In this document: positions 18,862 to 28,551 of the stretch, piece after piece
Numbering within the stretch: position 1 is the stretch's first letter
Layout of the letters: each line of letters begins with the position of its first letter
Assembly (NCBI GenBank): GCA_964387845.1
Contig: CAYLXA010000003.1
Location: forward strand, 1-64,000
Direction: 5' to 3'
DNA: 64,000 nucleotides
Origin: an uncultured bacterium
GTDB lineage: Bacteria > Omnitrophota > Omnitrophia > Omnitrophales > Abzuiibacteriaceae
Position numbers and translations under genes: made by a program
The notes under the pieces: model-generated
What the model was told of the DNA's origin: nothing
Seen by the model: the letters and a program-made list of their open reading frames with translations, nothing else
The model's database searches: none

Positions 18862-19212
18862 TCAAACAGGCATCCGGCTGATGATATTTTGAGCGCGCGA
18901 GACAGAGCTTTTTGAAACTGCGATTCCGAATCCTTTCATCGAGTTTCCATGAACGTCTTTGCGGCCCTGCTCGTACACAATATAATCCAAATCTTCTTCC
19001 TCAAGACGCAGCCCGACTCGCCTGGCATCTTCCATCGAATCGGTGTCATAAACCTGAATCCAAACGCCTTTGCCAGGCTTTGAGCGGAACCGCTCGCGCG
19101 AGGCGGGAATTTCGGATGTTGATTCTGTTCTCGCCTTTTTGCTCTTTAAAAGATAGACGATCAAATAAAGCGTCGCAAATAGTCCTAAATAGATCAGCAG
19201 CAGTCTAAACAT
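18862..19212 (-). CDS. Hypothetical membrane-anchored protein (116 aa)
   Basis: N-terminal TM helix and a small C-terminal alpha/beta domain. Confidence 0.45.
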   Translation of the reverse strand: MFRLLLIYLGLFATLYLIVYLLKSKKARTESTSEIPASRERFRSKPGKGVWIQVYDTDSMEDARRVGLRLEEEDLDYIVYEQGRKDVHGNSMKGFGIAVSKSSVSRAQNIISRMPV

Positions 19213-19247
19213 ATCAATAGTTTACTTGAGGTTCTTTCCGATAGCAA

Positions 19248-20300
19248 TTATTCACTTGGCTCCTTCAAATTTTGAACCGCCCAAGCGGCATGTTCGCGCA
19301 CCAGTTCACTGGAATCTGCAAGTGCCTTTTCTAATATCGGAATCGCGGCCTGATTCTTTGAGTTTCCGAGCACCACGCAAGCATTCCTCAAAAGTTGCTT
19401 ACGCTTGGCGCGAAGGATTGCGGTTCTTTCGAATTTTTTTTCATATTCTTTCTGCGATTTGATATCAAAAAGCTCCGCAAGATTCATAGACGCCCCGAAG
19501 CCGGAATCGGATTTTAGTTCGCTCCAATGAGATTCTTTCTGCTTCGCTGTGTAAGGGCAAACGTTTAAGCATTCATCGCAGCCGAAAACCCAATTTTGCA
19601 TTTTGGGCCGTAAATCTTTTGGAATTTCCGTTTTATGTTCAATCGTCAGATACGCAATGCATTTTCGGGCATCAATCGTTCCATCGGCCTCAATCGCCTC
19701 GGTCGGACATTCATCGATGCAAATCCGGCATGTACCGCAGCTGCCTTGATGCGGCGTATCAATCTCAAGTTCCAGATTGGTGACCAGCTCCGATAAAAAA
19801 AGCCAGGGCCCAAATTGGAGCGATAAAAGTTGAGTTTGTTTTCCGATAAATCCAAGGCCTGCCTGAGTGCCCGAATGGCGCTCAAAAATGGGTTTTGTAT
19901 CAACGCAAGATTCGAACCAGATCGAATCATTGACTTCACTTTTAATCTTTTCTTTCAGTGTGCCGAGCTTCTGTTCGATTAACCGGTGATAATCTTTTCC
20001 CCACGCGTAACGGGCAATTCTCCCGGAAAGTTTGTGAGAGTTAATGGCTTCGGATTTTGAATAATAATTCACACCCAACACAATTACTGATTTAGCATCG
20101 GGAAAACGGTGCCAAAAATCATCCGTCCGGGATTTGAAATTTTCGAGATATTTCATCTCGCCATGCTTTCCGCCGGCAATCCAAGCATCAAATTTCTTCT
20201 GAGCGGCGTCTTTGATTCCGGGTTTCGTAATGCCGCAGGCATCAAAACCTGCTTCGCGCGCTAATTCTTTGATTTTTAAGCTGTTAATCATGTCAACCAT
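19248..20300 (-). CDS. queG: Epoxyqueuosine reductase QueG
   Basis: Two 4Fe-4S ferredoxin CxxCxxCxxxCP motifs plus a C-terminal HEAT-like repeat (ALADSSELVREHAAWA). Confidence 0.85.
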   Translation of the reverse strand: MVDMINSLKIKELAREAGFDACGITKPGIKDAAQKKFDAWIAGGKHGEMKYLENFKSRTDDFWHRFPDAKSVIVLGVNYYSKSEAINSHKLSGRIARYAWGKDYHRLIEQKLGTLKEKIKSEVNDSIWFESCVDTKPIFERHSGTQAGLGFIGKQTQLLSLQFGPWLFLSELVTNLELEIDTPHQGSCGTCRICIDECPTEAIEADGTIDARKCIAYLTIEHKTEIPKDLRPKMQNWVFGCDECLNVCPYTAKQKESHWSELKSDSGFGASMNLAELFDIKSQKEYEKKFERTAILRAKRKQLLRNACVVLGNSKNQAAIPILEKALADSSELVREHAAWAVQNLKEPSE

Positions 20301-20400
20301 GGCTCATTTTTGCCGATAAATTAGTAACGCTTTACATGTAGACAAAGCGCTAAGCTTTCAATAAGATACACCTTAATTCCAAATATCATCACAAAAAAAA

Positions 20401-21711
20401 ATGACAAAACGTTCTTTTGTTTTTCTAATTGTCCTAAGCCTTTCCGTATCTCCGATCTCATTTGCAGAAACCCAAGGTTACGATCGCTACGGACCGGCCC
20501 AAAAAACTCATCAAAAATCCGCTGCGAAAAAAATTGCGGCCAACCTTCTGACTTATCCGCTTGAAATTCCAAGATGGCTCACCAATCAGGCTCTTTTTGT
20601 AACGGAAAAATACCATCTGGATATGAAAATGCGCTGGATTTACGAAAAAATCCTCGAACAAGGCATCACGTTGAACGGCAATCTGCTTTCTCCGACCAAT
20701 CTGGGCGGCGGCTACAACATCGATTTTATCAAGTTAACGCGGCTGAAGGCTGAACTGCCTGATTTGATTTTCCGCCATTGGCTCAATTGGAATAAAAGTA
20801 CGATTTTCGAAACCGGCTCCGAAATCGGCGTTGAAAGAATTGCCGGCACTGGGCTCCGGGCTTTCGGGCTTTTTAAATATGAAAGCCGGCCGGAGGAGCA
20901 TTTTTACGGAATCGGGCGTTACACAACTGCAGGCAACGGAACTTCCTATAAAATGGAAGTGACAACGCTCGAAAGCAGAATTGGCTACAGTACAAACCCT
21001 CAATATTCGGCAGATTTTAAATTCGGCTACCAAAATATCAACATCACGGACGGCGAAGACGGCGGGCGAGGCATCATCGACACCACATTTCCACGGGGCA
21101 CGATTCCGGGGCTTTCAGGCGATAATTTAATTTCTTACCGGATTGAACTCACGCACGATACCCGCAACCGAGATGAAAGCTCAACCAAAGGCGGCATGCA
21201 AAAAGCATCATTTGGATACGTGGACGGCGTTAACGATTCGGATGCAGGCTTCTTTAAATATCAAATTGAATTGAAACACTACTTCCGGCTCTGGTCAGAC
21301 CGTCGTGTTTTTGCAATCCACTTTTACGGCGAAGAGCTTAAAAATACCGCCGGAAACGGAATTCCATTCCATCAAATGCCCCGTCTGGGCGGTTTTGGCG
21401 AGTATCCGCGCTTAAGTTACACGCTCCGAGGTTACGATTTTAACCGCTTCACCGATCAGGGCGCCGCGCTTTTTAATTTTGAATACCGTTACACCATTTG
21501 GGAACATAAAGAATTTAAGCTCGACACTGTTGTGTTCGTTGATTCCGGACAGGTTTTCTCGGGGCTTCGGGATTTTAAATTCTCGGCCTGGAAAGAATCA
21601 TTCGGCTTGGGAACCCGGCTCAGCATGGCCGGAAACGTGATGTTCGCAGTGGAAATTGCCCGATCTAACGAAGGAACCGAATTTTATGCAAAAAGCAGCT
21701 CACCATTTTAA
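20401..21711 (+). CDS. Outer-membrane beta-barrel protein, Omp85/surface-antigen (D15)-like barrel without POTRA domains
   Basis: Signal peptide, RLGGFG...LRGYDF and VFVDSGQVF motifs, C-terminal aromatic residue (F). Confidence 0.5.
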   Translation: MTKRSFVFLIVLSLSVSPISFAETQGYDRYGPAQKTHQKSAAKKIAANLLTYPLEIPRWLTNQALFVTEKYHLDMKMRWIYEKILEQGITLNGNLLSPTNLGGGYNIDFIKLTRLKAELPDLIFRHWLNWNKSTIFETGSEIGVERIAGTGLRAFGLFKYESRPEEHFYGIGRYTTAGNGTSYKMEVTTLESRIGYSTNPQYSADFKFGYQNINITDGEDGGRGIIDTTFPRGTIPGLSGDNLISYRIELTHDTRNRDESSTKGGMQKASFGYVDGVNDSDAGFFKYQIELKHYFRLWSDRRVFAIHFYGEELKNTAGNGIPFHQMPRLGGFGEYPRLSYTLRGYDFNRFTDQGAALFNFEYRYTIWEHKEFKLDTVVFVDSGQVFSGLRDFKFSAWKESFGLGTRLSMAGNVMFAVEIARSNEGTEFYAKSSSPF

Positions 21712-23308
21712 GCATTGGGTTTTGATTTTTTCGCTTCTCTGCTTTCCGCTCATCGAAGCGGCAAATGCGGCTGAATTAAAACGAGGCGACACCGGAACCT
21801 ATCAGGATGTTTTTGACCAGAATGTTTATTACGAAGGCACGAACTTCCTGAGATTTGACCGGCTCTACCGCGCCATTTTTGATAAAAAAGCCCGGTCTGA
21901 AAATGTGAATTCATTCGATGAAGTTCCGGACAATTCACTTTTTACGAACCGCCACAGCCGGAACCGCCTTTCTTCATCAGAACTCGAAAAAGGTCCGGAG
22001 CTCAGCGGAAAACCGGCCGGAAAGTGGATGGTTCTGAACGGAAAATTTTTAGACGGCCATTCGGGCATTATCCGGATTCAGGATTCTTCAAACGATGAAT
22101 ATGAGCTTCGCTTTGACACATTTGACCAATTTGAACTGGCAACGGCAAGCGAAGTCATTGCAAGCCGCTTTTATCATGCAATCGGCTTTAACGTTCCGGC
22201 CTATTCCATTGTCGCTTTTGATTTCAACGATTTAACGATCAGCCCTGATGCGACTGTGATTGACCGCTCCGGGTTCGAGCGCAAACTGACCATGGAAAAA
22301 CTGCAGGAACTGATGCTTTTCCTTCCGATGGATCAAAATGCCAAATATCGCGCTTCGGCCAGAAAAATTTTAAAAGGAACCGATAAAGGCACGTTTAAAT
22401 TTCAAGGCCGGTCAAAAAATAATCCCGGCGATACGGTTGACCATGAAAACCGCCGCGATGTCCGCGCGCTCCGCGTATTTGCATCTTGGCTGAATCATTA
22501 TTCCGTCAATGAAAGCAACACGATGAGCCTGCTGTCGAATGAAAATGGCGGCATCAAACACTACCTCATCAACTTCAATACGGCTTTAGGATCTGAAGTC
22601 GACGGCGCAAAACCGCCGATGTTTTCGCACGAATTTCTCATGGATTACGGCGAAACTACAAAAGCGTTTCTGTCGCTTGGTATCTGGGAAAAACCGTGGC
22701 AAAAGCGGTGGAAGGAAGCCGGAGAAAAAATACATCCTTCACCTGCAATCGGCTATTTTGACAACCGCATGTTCGATGCCGGAAAATTCAAGCCGGAACT
22801 TCCTTATTATGCTTTTAAAGATTTAACGGCAGGCGATGGTTTTTGGGCCGCTAAAATTATTGCGTCGTTCTCGGATGAAGATATCGCGAGCGCTATCAAG
22901 GCCGGCGAGCTCAGCAAAACCGATGATCAAAATTATTTAATAGATATTCTCAAAAACCGCCGCGACATGGTTGCTAAGTATTGGTTCTCAAAAACCGCGC
23001 CGCTCGATAACTTCAAATTAGAAAATAACGTACTTTCCTTTGATGATTTGGCAGTCCGGCATGGTTTTGAAAATTCTGAAAATACCAGGTATCATATTGA
23101 TGTGCTTCAAAAAGCCGGAAAAAAATACAAAAAGGCCGGCGCTTTTGAATCGTCAAAGCCTGCTTTTGAAATTGCAAATTGGATTAAAGGCGGCGAAGCT
23201 TCAAAATTTGTGATTCGCGTATCCCGGAATGGCTCTATAAAGAAAGATGCGAAAGCATTGATAAAAGCTGGTTCCGGCGGTATTTTAAAAATCGCGCATC
23301 ACGGTTAA
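21686..23308 (+). CDS. Secreted hypothetical protein (540 aa)
   Basis: Start re-placed at the ATG at 21686, with an AAGGAA Shine-Dalgarno 10 nt upstream and a signal peptide. No assignable family. Confidence 0.55.
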   Translation: MQKAAHHFKHWVLIFSLLCFPLIEAANAAELKRGDTGTYQDVFDQNVYYEGTNFLRFDRLYRAIFDKKARSENVNSFDEVPDNSLFTNRHSRNRLSSSELEKGPELSGKPAGKWMVLNGKFLDGHSGIIRIQDSSNDEYELRFDTFDQFELATASEVIASRFYHAIGFNVPAYSIVAFDFNDLTISPDATVIDRSGFERKLTMEKLQELMLFLPMDQNAKYRASARKILKGTDKGTFKFQGRSKNNPGDTVDHENRRDVRALRVFASWLNHYSVNESNTMSLLSNENGGIKHYLINFNTALGSEVDGAKPPMFSHEFLMDYGETTKAFLSLGIWEKPWQKRWKEAGEKIHPSPAIGYFDNRMFDAGKFKPELPYYAFKDLTAGDGFWAAKIIASFSDEDIASAIKAGELSKTDDQNYLIDILKNRRDMVAKYWFSKTAPLDNFKLENNVLSFDDLAVRHGFENSENTRYHIDVLQKAGKKYKKAGAFESSKPAFEIANWIKGGEASKFVIRVSRNGSIKKDAKALIKAGSGGILKIAHHG

Positions 23309-23320
23309 ATACCAGACGGC

Positions 23321-23785
23321 ATGAAACGATTTTTTATTTTTTTTATTTTGACGGGTGTTTTATTTTCCGCAGCACCCTATCTTTCAGCAGACGAAAAACT
23401 TCCGTATTTCGGTTTCGAACCGCCTCTTCAAAGCAAAGCTTATGAACAATTTAAACTACGGCCGAGGTCGGATCTTTCGAAACTGATCTATTTGATCGAC
23501 CGGTTTGTGGATTCGGATATTCAAATTCAATATGAGAAGCACTATTATCCGGCGTTCTTCGCCGCCCGCATTGCGCGTGCTTTTCTGCCGGCACATTACA
23601 AAAACGAAGAACCCAAAGCGTGGGTTATGCAGTGGTGCAGCACGTCATTCCCTTCCGGAGACCCGATTTGGATGAAATTTCGGGACGGGAGTTTTAAGCT
23701 CGGCCGCGAAGTCATGCTCAACGAGCTCCAGCTTTTGGATCAAATTCTTGAAGCAGAATCCCTGCAAAAGCAAGATTTTGCATAG
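23321..23785 (+). CDS. Secreted hypothetical protein (154 aa)
   Basis: Signal peptide, tightly linked to the neighbouring ORFs. Confidence 0.45.
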   Translation: MKRFFIFFILTGVLFSAAPYLSADEKLPYFGFEPPLQSKAYEQFKLRPRSDLSKLIYLIDRFVDSDIQIQYEKHYYPAFFAARIARAFLPAHYKNEEPKAWVMQWCSTSFPSGDPIWMKFRDGSFKLGREVMLNELQLLDQILEAESLQKQDFA

Positions 23786-23797
23786 TATGATACTGCT

Positions 23798-24532
23798 ATG
23801 AAAATTGCGATGCTAAACACTTGGGGCAAAAGCGGCCCTTACCCGATTCGATTTGAATTAATTTTGAAGGAAATCCACCGCGTCAAACCTGACATTCTTT
23901 GCCTCCAGGAAGTGTTTGAATCGGAGCTCGCCGAAAGAATCAAATTTGAAACTGAACTACAGCATGTTCATGCGTTCCACGAAGTCGGGCTTGTTATTTT
24001 AGGCCGCTTGCCGTTTGATTGCGTTATGTTTGACAAATATAAAGCAAAATCACCGCTCGAGGACTACTCCCGCGGATATTTGTCGGCTCAACAAACTTCG
24101 AACGGCCAAAAATTTTGGGTTGGAAATACACATTTATCGTGGAAGGCGGAAGATGCGGAATCGCGCACCAAACAAATTCTTGAACTGCTGGATGTGGTTC
24201 AATCGTTAAATGCGCCGTGTATTTTGACCGGCGATTTTAATACCACGCCCGATTCTGAACCGATTGCCAAGCTTAAAAACGCGGGATTTGTAGACCTGTG
24301 TGAAATGCTGCGCCCCAACCAAACGCTATTCACATGGGACAATAAGCGCAATCCGTACCTCAAAACCCACACGGTGATATTTCCGAACCGGCGGATTGAT
24401 CTTTTGATGGCATCTAAATCATTCGTAAGTCATTATATACCAAGTAGTTATGAACTTTGTTTCAATTATCCGGACACCGAGGGAAATTTTCCCTCAGATC
24501 ATTTCGGCGTTGTTGCTGAATTCAGCATTTAG
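23798..24532 (+). CDS. Endonuclease/exonuclease/phosphatase (EEP) family hydrolase
   Basis: ILCLQEV, GNTHL, LTGDFN and SDHFGV catalytic motifs. Confidence 0.75.
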   Translation: MKIAMLNTWGKSGPYPIRFELILKEIHRVKPDILCLQEVFESELAERIKFETELQHVHAFHEVGLVILGRLPFDCVMFDKYKAKSPLEDYSRGYLSAQQTSNGQKFWVGNTHLSWKAEDAESRTKQILELLDVVQSLNAPCILTGDFNTTPDSEPIAKLKNAGFVDLCEMLRPNQTLFTWDNKRNPYLKTHTVIFPNRRIDLLMASKSFVSHYIPSSYELCFNYPDTEGNFPSDHFGVVAEFSI

Positions 24533-24547
24533 CGAATAGGAGAAGAA

Positions 24548-25576
24548 ATGCGTGCGGTTATTTTCAAAGAACACGGCGGGCTTGAAAAATTAATTTATAC
24601 GGAAGTGCCGCGCCCAAAACCGGGGCCGCATGAAATTTTGATTAAAGTCAAAGCTTGTGCGCTCAACTACCTTGATATTTGGACACGGCTCGGGATTCCG
24701 GGGCTTCAGATTTCAATGCCGCATATTTCAGGGTGTGATATCGCCGGTGAAATCGCGGAGGTCGGCGCACACGTAAAAAATTTCAAAATCGGTAAACGGG
24801 CCGTTATTGCTCCGGGATTTACACCGCCAAACGATCCCCTTAAAAATACCGAATGGGATTCGCTTTCGGATCATTATAAAATTCTCGGCTTTCAAGTAGA
24901 CGGCGGCTATGCCGAATACGTCAAAGTCCCCGCCGAAAATGTATTCCCCGTTTCGAACCGCTTAAGTTTTGAAGAATGGGCGGCGATCCCTCTTGTTTCG
25001 CTAACTGTGTGGCACATGCTGGTAACGCGCGCTCAGCTTAAGAAAAACGAAACCGTTCTGATTCATGCGGCAGGAAGCGGCGTCGGAAGTGCTGCAATTC
25101 AACTGGCAAAGCATCTCGGTGCAAAAATCATTACGACTGTCGGAAATGACCAGAAAAAAACACGTGCCATTGAAATCGGTGCCAATTGGGTGATTAATTA
25201 CAACAAAACCGATTTTGCCAAAGAAGTCCGTGGAATTACCAAAAATAAAGGCGTCGATGTCGTTCTGGAACATATTGGGCCCGATACTTTCACGAAAAGT
25301 CTTGTCTGTCTTGCCAAAAAAGGGCGCCTCGTGACTTGCGGTGTGACGAGCGGCCCGAGCGTGCAGCTGGATTTGCGTTTTCTCTTCAGCCGCCAATTTT
25401 CGATTATGGGCTGCTATATGGGAGGCCTGAAAGAATTTAAGGAAGTTTTGAAACTGGTAGAAGCCGGAAAATTGAAACCTACTATTGATAAAATCTTTCC
25501 GCTCAAAGAAGCCCGCCGCGCTCAGGAGCGCATGCTTTCCCGCCAGAATTTCGGAAAGATTGTTCTCGTTCCGTAG
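24548..25576 (+). CDS. Zn-dependent alcohol dehydrogenase / quinone oxidoreductase (MDR superfamily)
   Basis: AAGSGVGSAAIQLAK Rossmann motif and a GroES-like N-domain. Confidence 0.85.
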   Translation: MRAVIFKEHGGLEKLIYTEVPRPKPGPHEILIKVKACALNYLDIWTRLGIPGLQISMPHISGCDIAGEIAEVGAHVKNFKIGKRAVIAPGFTPPNDPLKNTEWDSLSDHYKILGFQVDGGYAEYVKVPAENVFPVSNRLSFEEWAAIPLVSLTVWHMLVTRAQLKKNETVLIHAAGSGVGSAAIQLAKHLGAKIITTVGNDQKKTRAIEIGANWVINYNKTDFAKEVRGITKNKGVDVVLEHIGPDTFTKSLVCLAKKGRLVTCGVTSGPSVQLDLRFLFSRQFSIMGCYMGGLKEFKEVLKLVEAGKLKPTIDKIFPLKEARRAQERMLSRQNFGKIVLVP

Positions 25577-25668
25577 CGTCTAGCGGATAGCGCATAGCGT
25601 TTAGGAACGAGTGGTTTTTGAATGCTTTTCTATTCGCTATACGCTAAACGCTACCCGCTAAAAGCGAA
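25574..25668. repeat. Inverted-repeat element, family C. The left arm is TAGCGnn heptamers, the loop is ~25 nt, and the right arm is nnCGCTA heptamers. It lies between convergent genes.
   Basis: Read directly. A related arm is present at the window end (63966-64000). Confidence 0.65.
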
Positions 25669-26359
25669 TCTGTGCGCGCTGAAGCTTTGAAACTAAATCT
25701 TTGCTGATCTTCTCGGCAAGCTCGCCCAAGTACCATCTGGGAAAGAAGTGCAGGTTAATGCCTTTTTTGAATTTACTAATTTCGATTTTGTCCAAGTTGT
25801 AAACTTGTCCGGTTTCAAGATCTTTGAGCCTTAAATCTTCCAAAACGGCTTCAAAACCTACTTTTTTCGGCCACACGACAATCGGAACAAGCGTCAACCC
25901 GAAGAGCGGTATCGGCGTAACCGCAAGCACCAAAACCCATTTGGGAACTTCGATGCTAGCATTAAAGCTCGTAATTCTTCCAATAAGAACCGCACGATAG
26001 CCGAGTGATTTGAGCGAAGTATCGCTCTGCAGGAATTCCATGTTCTGCACCTCAGAAAAAACGTGTGACGCTCTCAAATATTCTGTGATATGGGTAGAAA
26101 GACCGCTTCCTAAATTTTCGCCGTAATAGTCGATTCGGCCCGTCCAGTCCGGCCAAGTAATCTTTTTCGGCGTTCGTTTGTGTTCTTCTGGTCGGGCATC
26201 CGTAAACGCAATCACCGCCGTTCTGACCGGATAAAGGGCGGTAGCATGAACCGGAGCGGCTCTCTTAGCGCGTGATGGGATCGTATTGGCACAACCGGAA
26301 AGTGTAAGGGCGAAAACACAGAGGATAACCGTTGATTTCTTGAAAATCAATTTTGCCAT
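25658..26359 (-). CDS. Lipoprotein, hypothetical
   Basis: Start re-placed at the ATG at 26359, which has a GGAGG Shine-Dalgarno. LTLSGC lipobox. Confidence 0.55.
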   Translation of the reverse strand: MAKLIFKKSTVILCVFALTLSGCANTIPSRAKRAAPVHATALYPVRTAVIAFTDARPEEHKRTPKKITWPDWTGRIDYYGENLGSGLSTHITEYLRASHVFSEVQNMEFLQSDTSLKSLGYRAVLIGRITSFNASIEVPKWVLVLAVTPIPLFGLTLVPIVVWPKKVGFEAVLEDLRLKDLETGQVYNLDKIEISKFKKGINLHFFPRWYLGELAEKISKDLVSKLQRAQIRF

Positions 26360-26481
26360 GCACCCTCCTTCCGGAACAACAATTATTGCCTTGATTTCTG
26401 ATATTTGCCCTTTATAATAACAAAAGTTTAGGGACATTTCCTTATCGGCTTTTTGATCAAATTTTTGACCGTTTTAGCTTA

Positions 26482-26958
26482 GTGAAGAGGAGGCAGGTTA
26501 TGAAAAAGTTTTTTTCGCTGATGCTTTTGTTTTGCATGCTCTTAGCACCGCTTGCACATGCGGATGACGTTTGGACCATGGCGGAATCCGATCAATACGG
26601 CAGAAAAGCTGGCGGTATGTTAGGACGCGGCTTTGTTAATATCGCAACGAGTTTCGTCGACGTAATCGTTCAAACCGTTGAAGGCACCAAAAACGGCCCG
26701 CCGCTTTTCGGAACTCTGCAGGGCCTCGGCACCGGAATCGGGTGCACGGCACTTCGATTAACCTCCGGCGCACTAGACATCGTGACCTTCTGGGTGCCTG
26801 GATTTAATGGGTTTGTGGTTTGCAAATCCTATAAGAACTGCGTCGATTGCAGCCAAGAAATGGCGCCTCCGCCGATGGAAGCAATGCCTCAGCCTGTTGC
26901 ATCCCAACAAGCTCAGCCGGTCGCGGTCGACAGCCCGATGAAGTATGTAAAGAAGTAA
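26482..26958 (+). CDS. Small secreted protein, paralogous to the 17330-17764 product
   Basis: Signal peptide and shared core motif. GGAGG Shine-Dalgarno. Confidence 0.55.
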   Translation: MKRRQVMKKFFSLMLLFCMLLAPLAHADDVWTMAESDQYGRKAGGMLGRGFVNIATSFVDVIVQTVEGTKNGPPLFGTLQGLGTGIGCTALRLTSGALDIVTFWVPGFNGFVVCKSYKNCVDCSQEMAPPPMEAMPQPVASQQAQPVAVDSPMKYVKK

Positions 26959-26977
26959 TTTTGATTCTTATTTCCAA

Positions 26978-27011
26978 CAAAAAAGGCGCTCATTTTTGAG
27001 CGCCTTTTTTC
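26978..27011. terminator. Bidirectional intrinsic terminator AAAAAAGGCGCTCA-TTTT-TGAGCGCCTTTTTT
   Basis: A 9-bp GC-rich stem flanked by an A-run and a T-run, between convergent genes. Confidence 0.75.
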
Positions 27012-28543
27012 TTTAGAATCGCGTAATTATTTCCTGACCAAGCAGGTTCATAGTTCTCTACCACAAAATCTCTAAGTTTTAGGTACTGAACTATGAATGT
27101 TACAAACGACCTTTTCGCACGGTGCGTAACGATCCAATCTGATGGATTATTTACAATATTGCTCCGAACTGCTTCCAATTGCCGTCCGGGAGCCGGCAAA
27201 TCTCCTTCACTAAACATAAAAGGCACTCCACGATAACTATTTTTTCCGGCCGCGGCATACAGAATTTGCATATCGGTTAGCACCAAAAGAGATTCGTTTT
27301 TTTCTACGTTCTGATTTATAAATTCAACCATTTGATCAAAATCTTCCCCATCCTCATGATATGCCCACCAGCCTTGTAGAGGTTTTGATTTGATTTGATA
27401 ATCCCCGAAAGGAGTTCCTGCATAGGTCCACGGTTTCAATTCAAAACCATAAAGAATTGATTGAAAGATAAAAACAAACGTCACAATCAGTGTTATCAAA
27501 AAAGCTTTATCTCTACGCCAAAACTGATTTTGATTTGTTAAATAAATATTTCCTTTTTCCAGAAGCAAAAATCCGATTGCACACGACGCTCCTGCTAAAG
27601 GCATATTGGCTTCCTTTAAAACCGAACTGGTAAGCATTGAAAAAAGCGCTACAAATATAGTTCCAAATAAAAGAATGAATTCTTTGGAAAGTTTATTCAA
27701 ATACTTCGCGTAAACCCACAATACAACGGTGACAATGATCCAGTAATATCCTCTAAACCAGCTAGCGGGTGCCAGCAGATAAGTGATTCTATTAATTTGG
27801 AAGAAACTATTTTGGGCAAAACCAAAATTAGTAAAAGCTTGGTCAAAATAAGAAAAAAATGAACTGCCGGTTAGAAAAAATAAAGCACCTATCGAAAGCA
27901 GGCCGCTTAATAAATAAAAGTAGACTGATTTTGCCGATTTTTCAAACAGCCAAAAAACAAAGAAAAACAAGCCGTAAGCTAACCCGACATTCGATTTTGA
28001 TAAAAAAGACAGCGCGGCCAAAACTCCAGATATAAAAGCCGATTTAGCAATTCCCATATTGGGCTTGTTTTGCCAGCTATAATTTGCCAATACCGCGATG
28101 CCCAATATACCCCAAAGGTGAGCCGATTGGTCATACCATGGATGAGAAAGTGGCCAATAAAAACTCGTGGCAGAAAGAAGCGTGACTAAGATGCGAATAA
28201 AGTTATTTTTTAAATGAGAACTGACCGAATAAACTGCAAAAATAACAATAGAACTAACCGTTATCAAATGTGCCAGCACAGCGGTTTTTCCAAAACCAAA
28301 TAAGTGAAAGAAAAATGCGTTTAAATAAAGATGAACCGGACCCGTTGTGTAGATGAAATCGTTGTAAGGAATTTGCCCGCGATAGACACGCCAGCTTGCA
28401 TCCAAAAAACCACCCATATCAAAGAAATTGAAACCTCGGAATGTGCTGAAATTCAGAAAAATGACATTAATGGTAAGAATAAAAATCAAACTAGAGAACC
28501 TAAATACGGCTTTCTTGGTAGAAACTTCTCGCTCTTTTGGCAC
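26990..28543 (-). CDS. Polytopic membrane protein, GT-C-like (possible glycosyltransferase)
   Basis: At least 12 predicted TM segments and a soluble C-terminal domain. Adjacent to a TMTC-like gene. Confidence 0.45.
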   Translation of the reverse strand: MPKEREVSTKKAVFRFSSLIFILTINVIFLNFSTFRGFNFFDMGGFLDASWRVYRGQIPYNDFIYTTGPVHLYLNAFFFHLFGFGKTAVLAHLITVSSIVIFAVYSVSSHLKNNFIRILVTLLSATSFYWPLSHPWYDQSAHLWGILGIAVLANYSWQNKPNMGIAKSAFISGVLAALSFLSKSNVGLAYGLFFFVFWLFEKSAKSVYFYLLSGLLSIGALFFLTGSSFFSYFDQAFTNFGFAQNSFFQINRITYLLAPASWFRGYYWIIVTVVLWVYAKYLNKLSKEFILLFGTIFVALFSMLTSSVLKEANMPLAGASCAIGFLLLEKGNIYLTNQNQFWRRDKAFLITLIVTFVFIFQSILYGFELKPWTYAGTPFGDYQIKSKPLQGWWAYHEDGEDFDQMVEFINQNVEKNESLLVLTDMQILYAAAGKNSYRGVPFMFSEGDLPAPGRQLEAVRSNIVNNPSDWIVTHRAKRSFVTFIVQYLKLRDFVVENYEPAWSGNNYAILKKKGAQK

Positions 28544-28551
28544 AGTAGATT

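Noticed and set aside
20312-20319. Perfect GCCGATAA octamers at 20312 (plus strand) and 26443-26450 (minus strand), which could be sigma-28 -10 boxes
   Set aside because: No acceptable TAAAGTTT -35 element at the 11-nt spacing. About 2 such octamers are expected by chance in 64 kb on two strands.
25001-25396. 131-aa antisense ORF inside the alcohol dehydrogenase gene
   Set aside because: Nested antisense ORF. The ADH reading frame is well supported.
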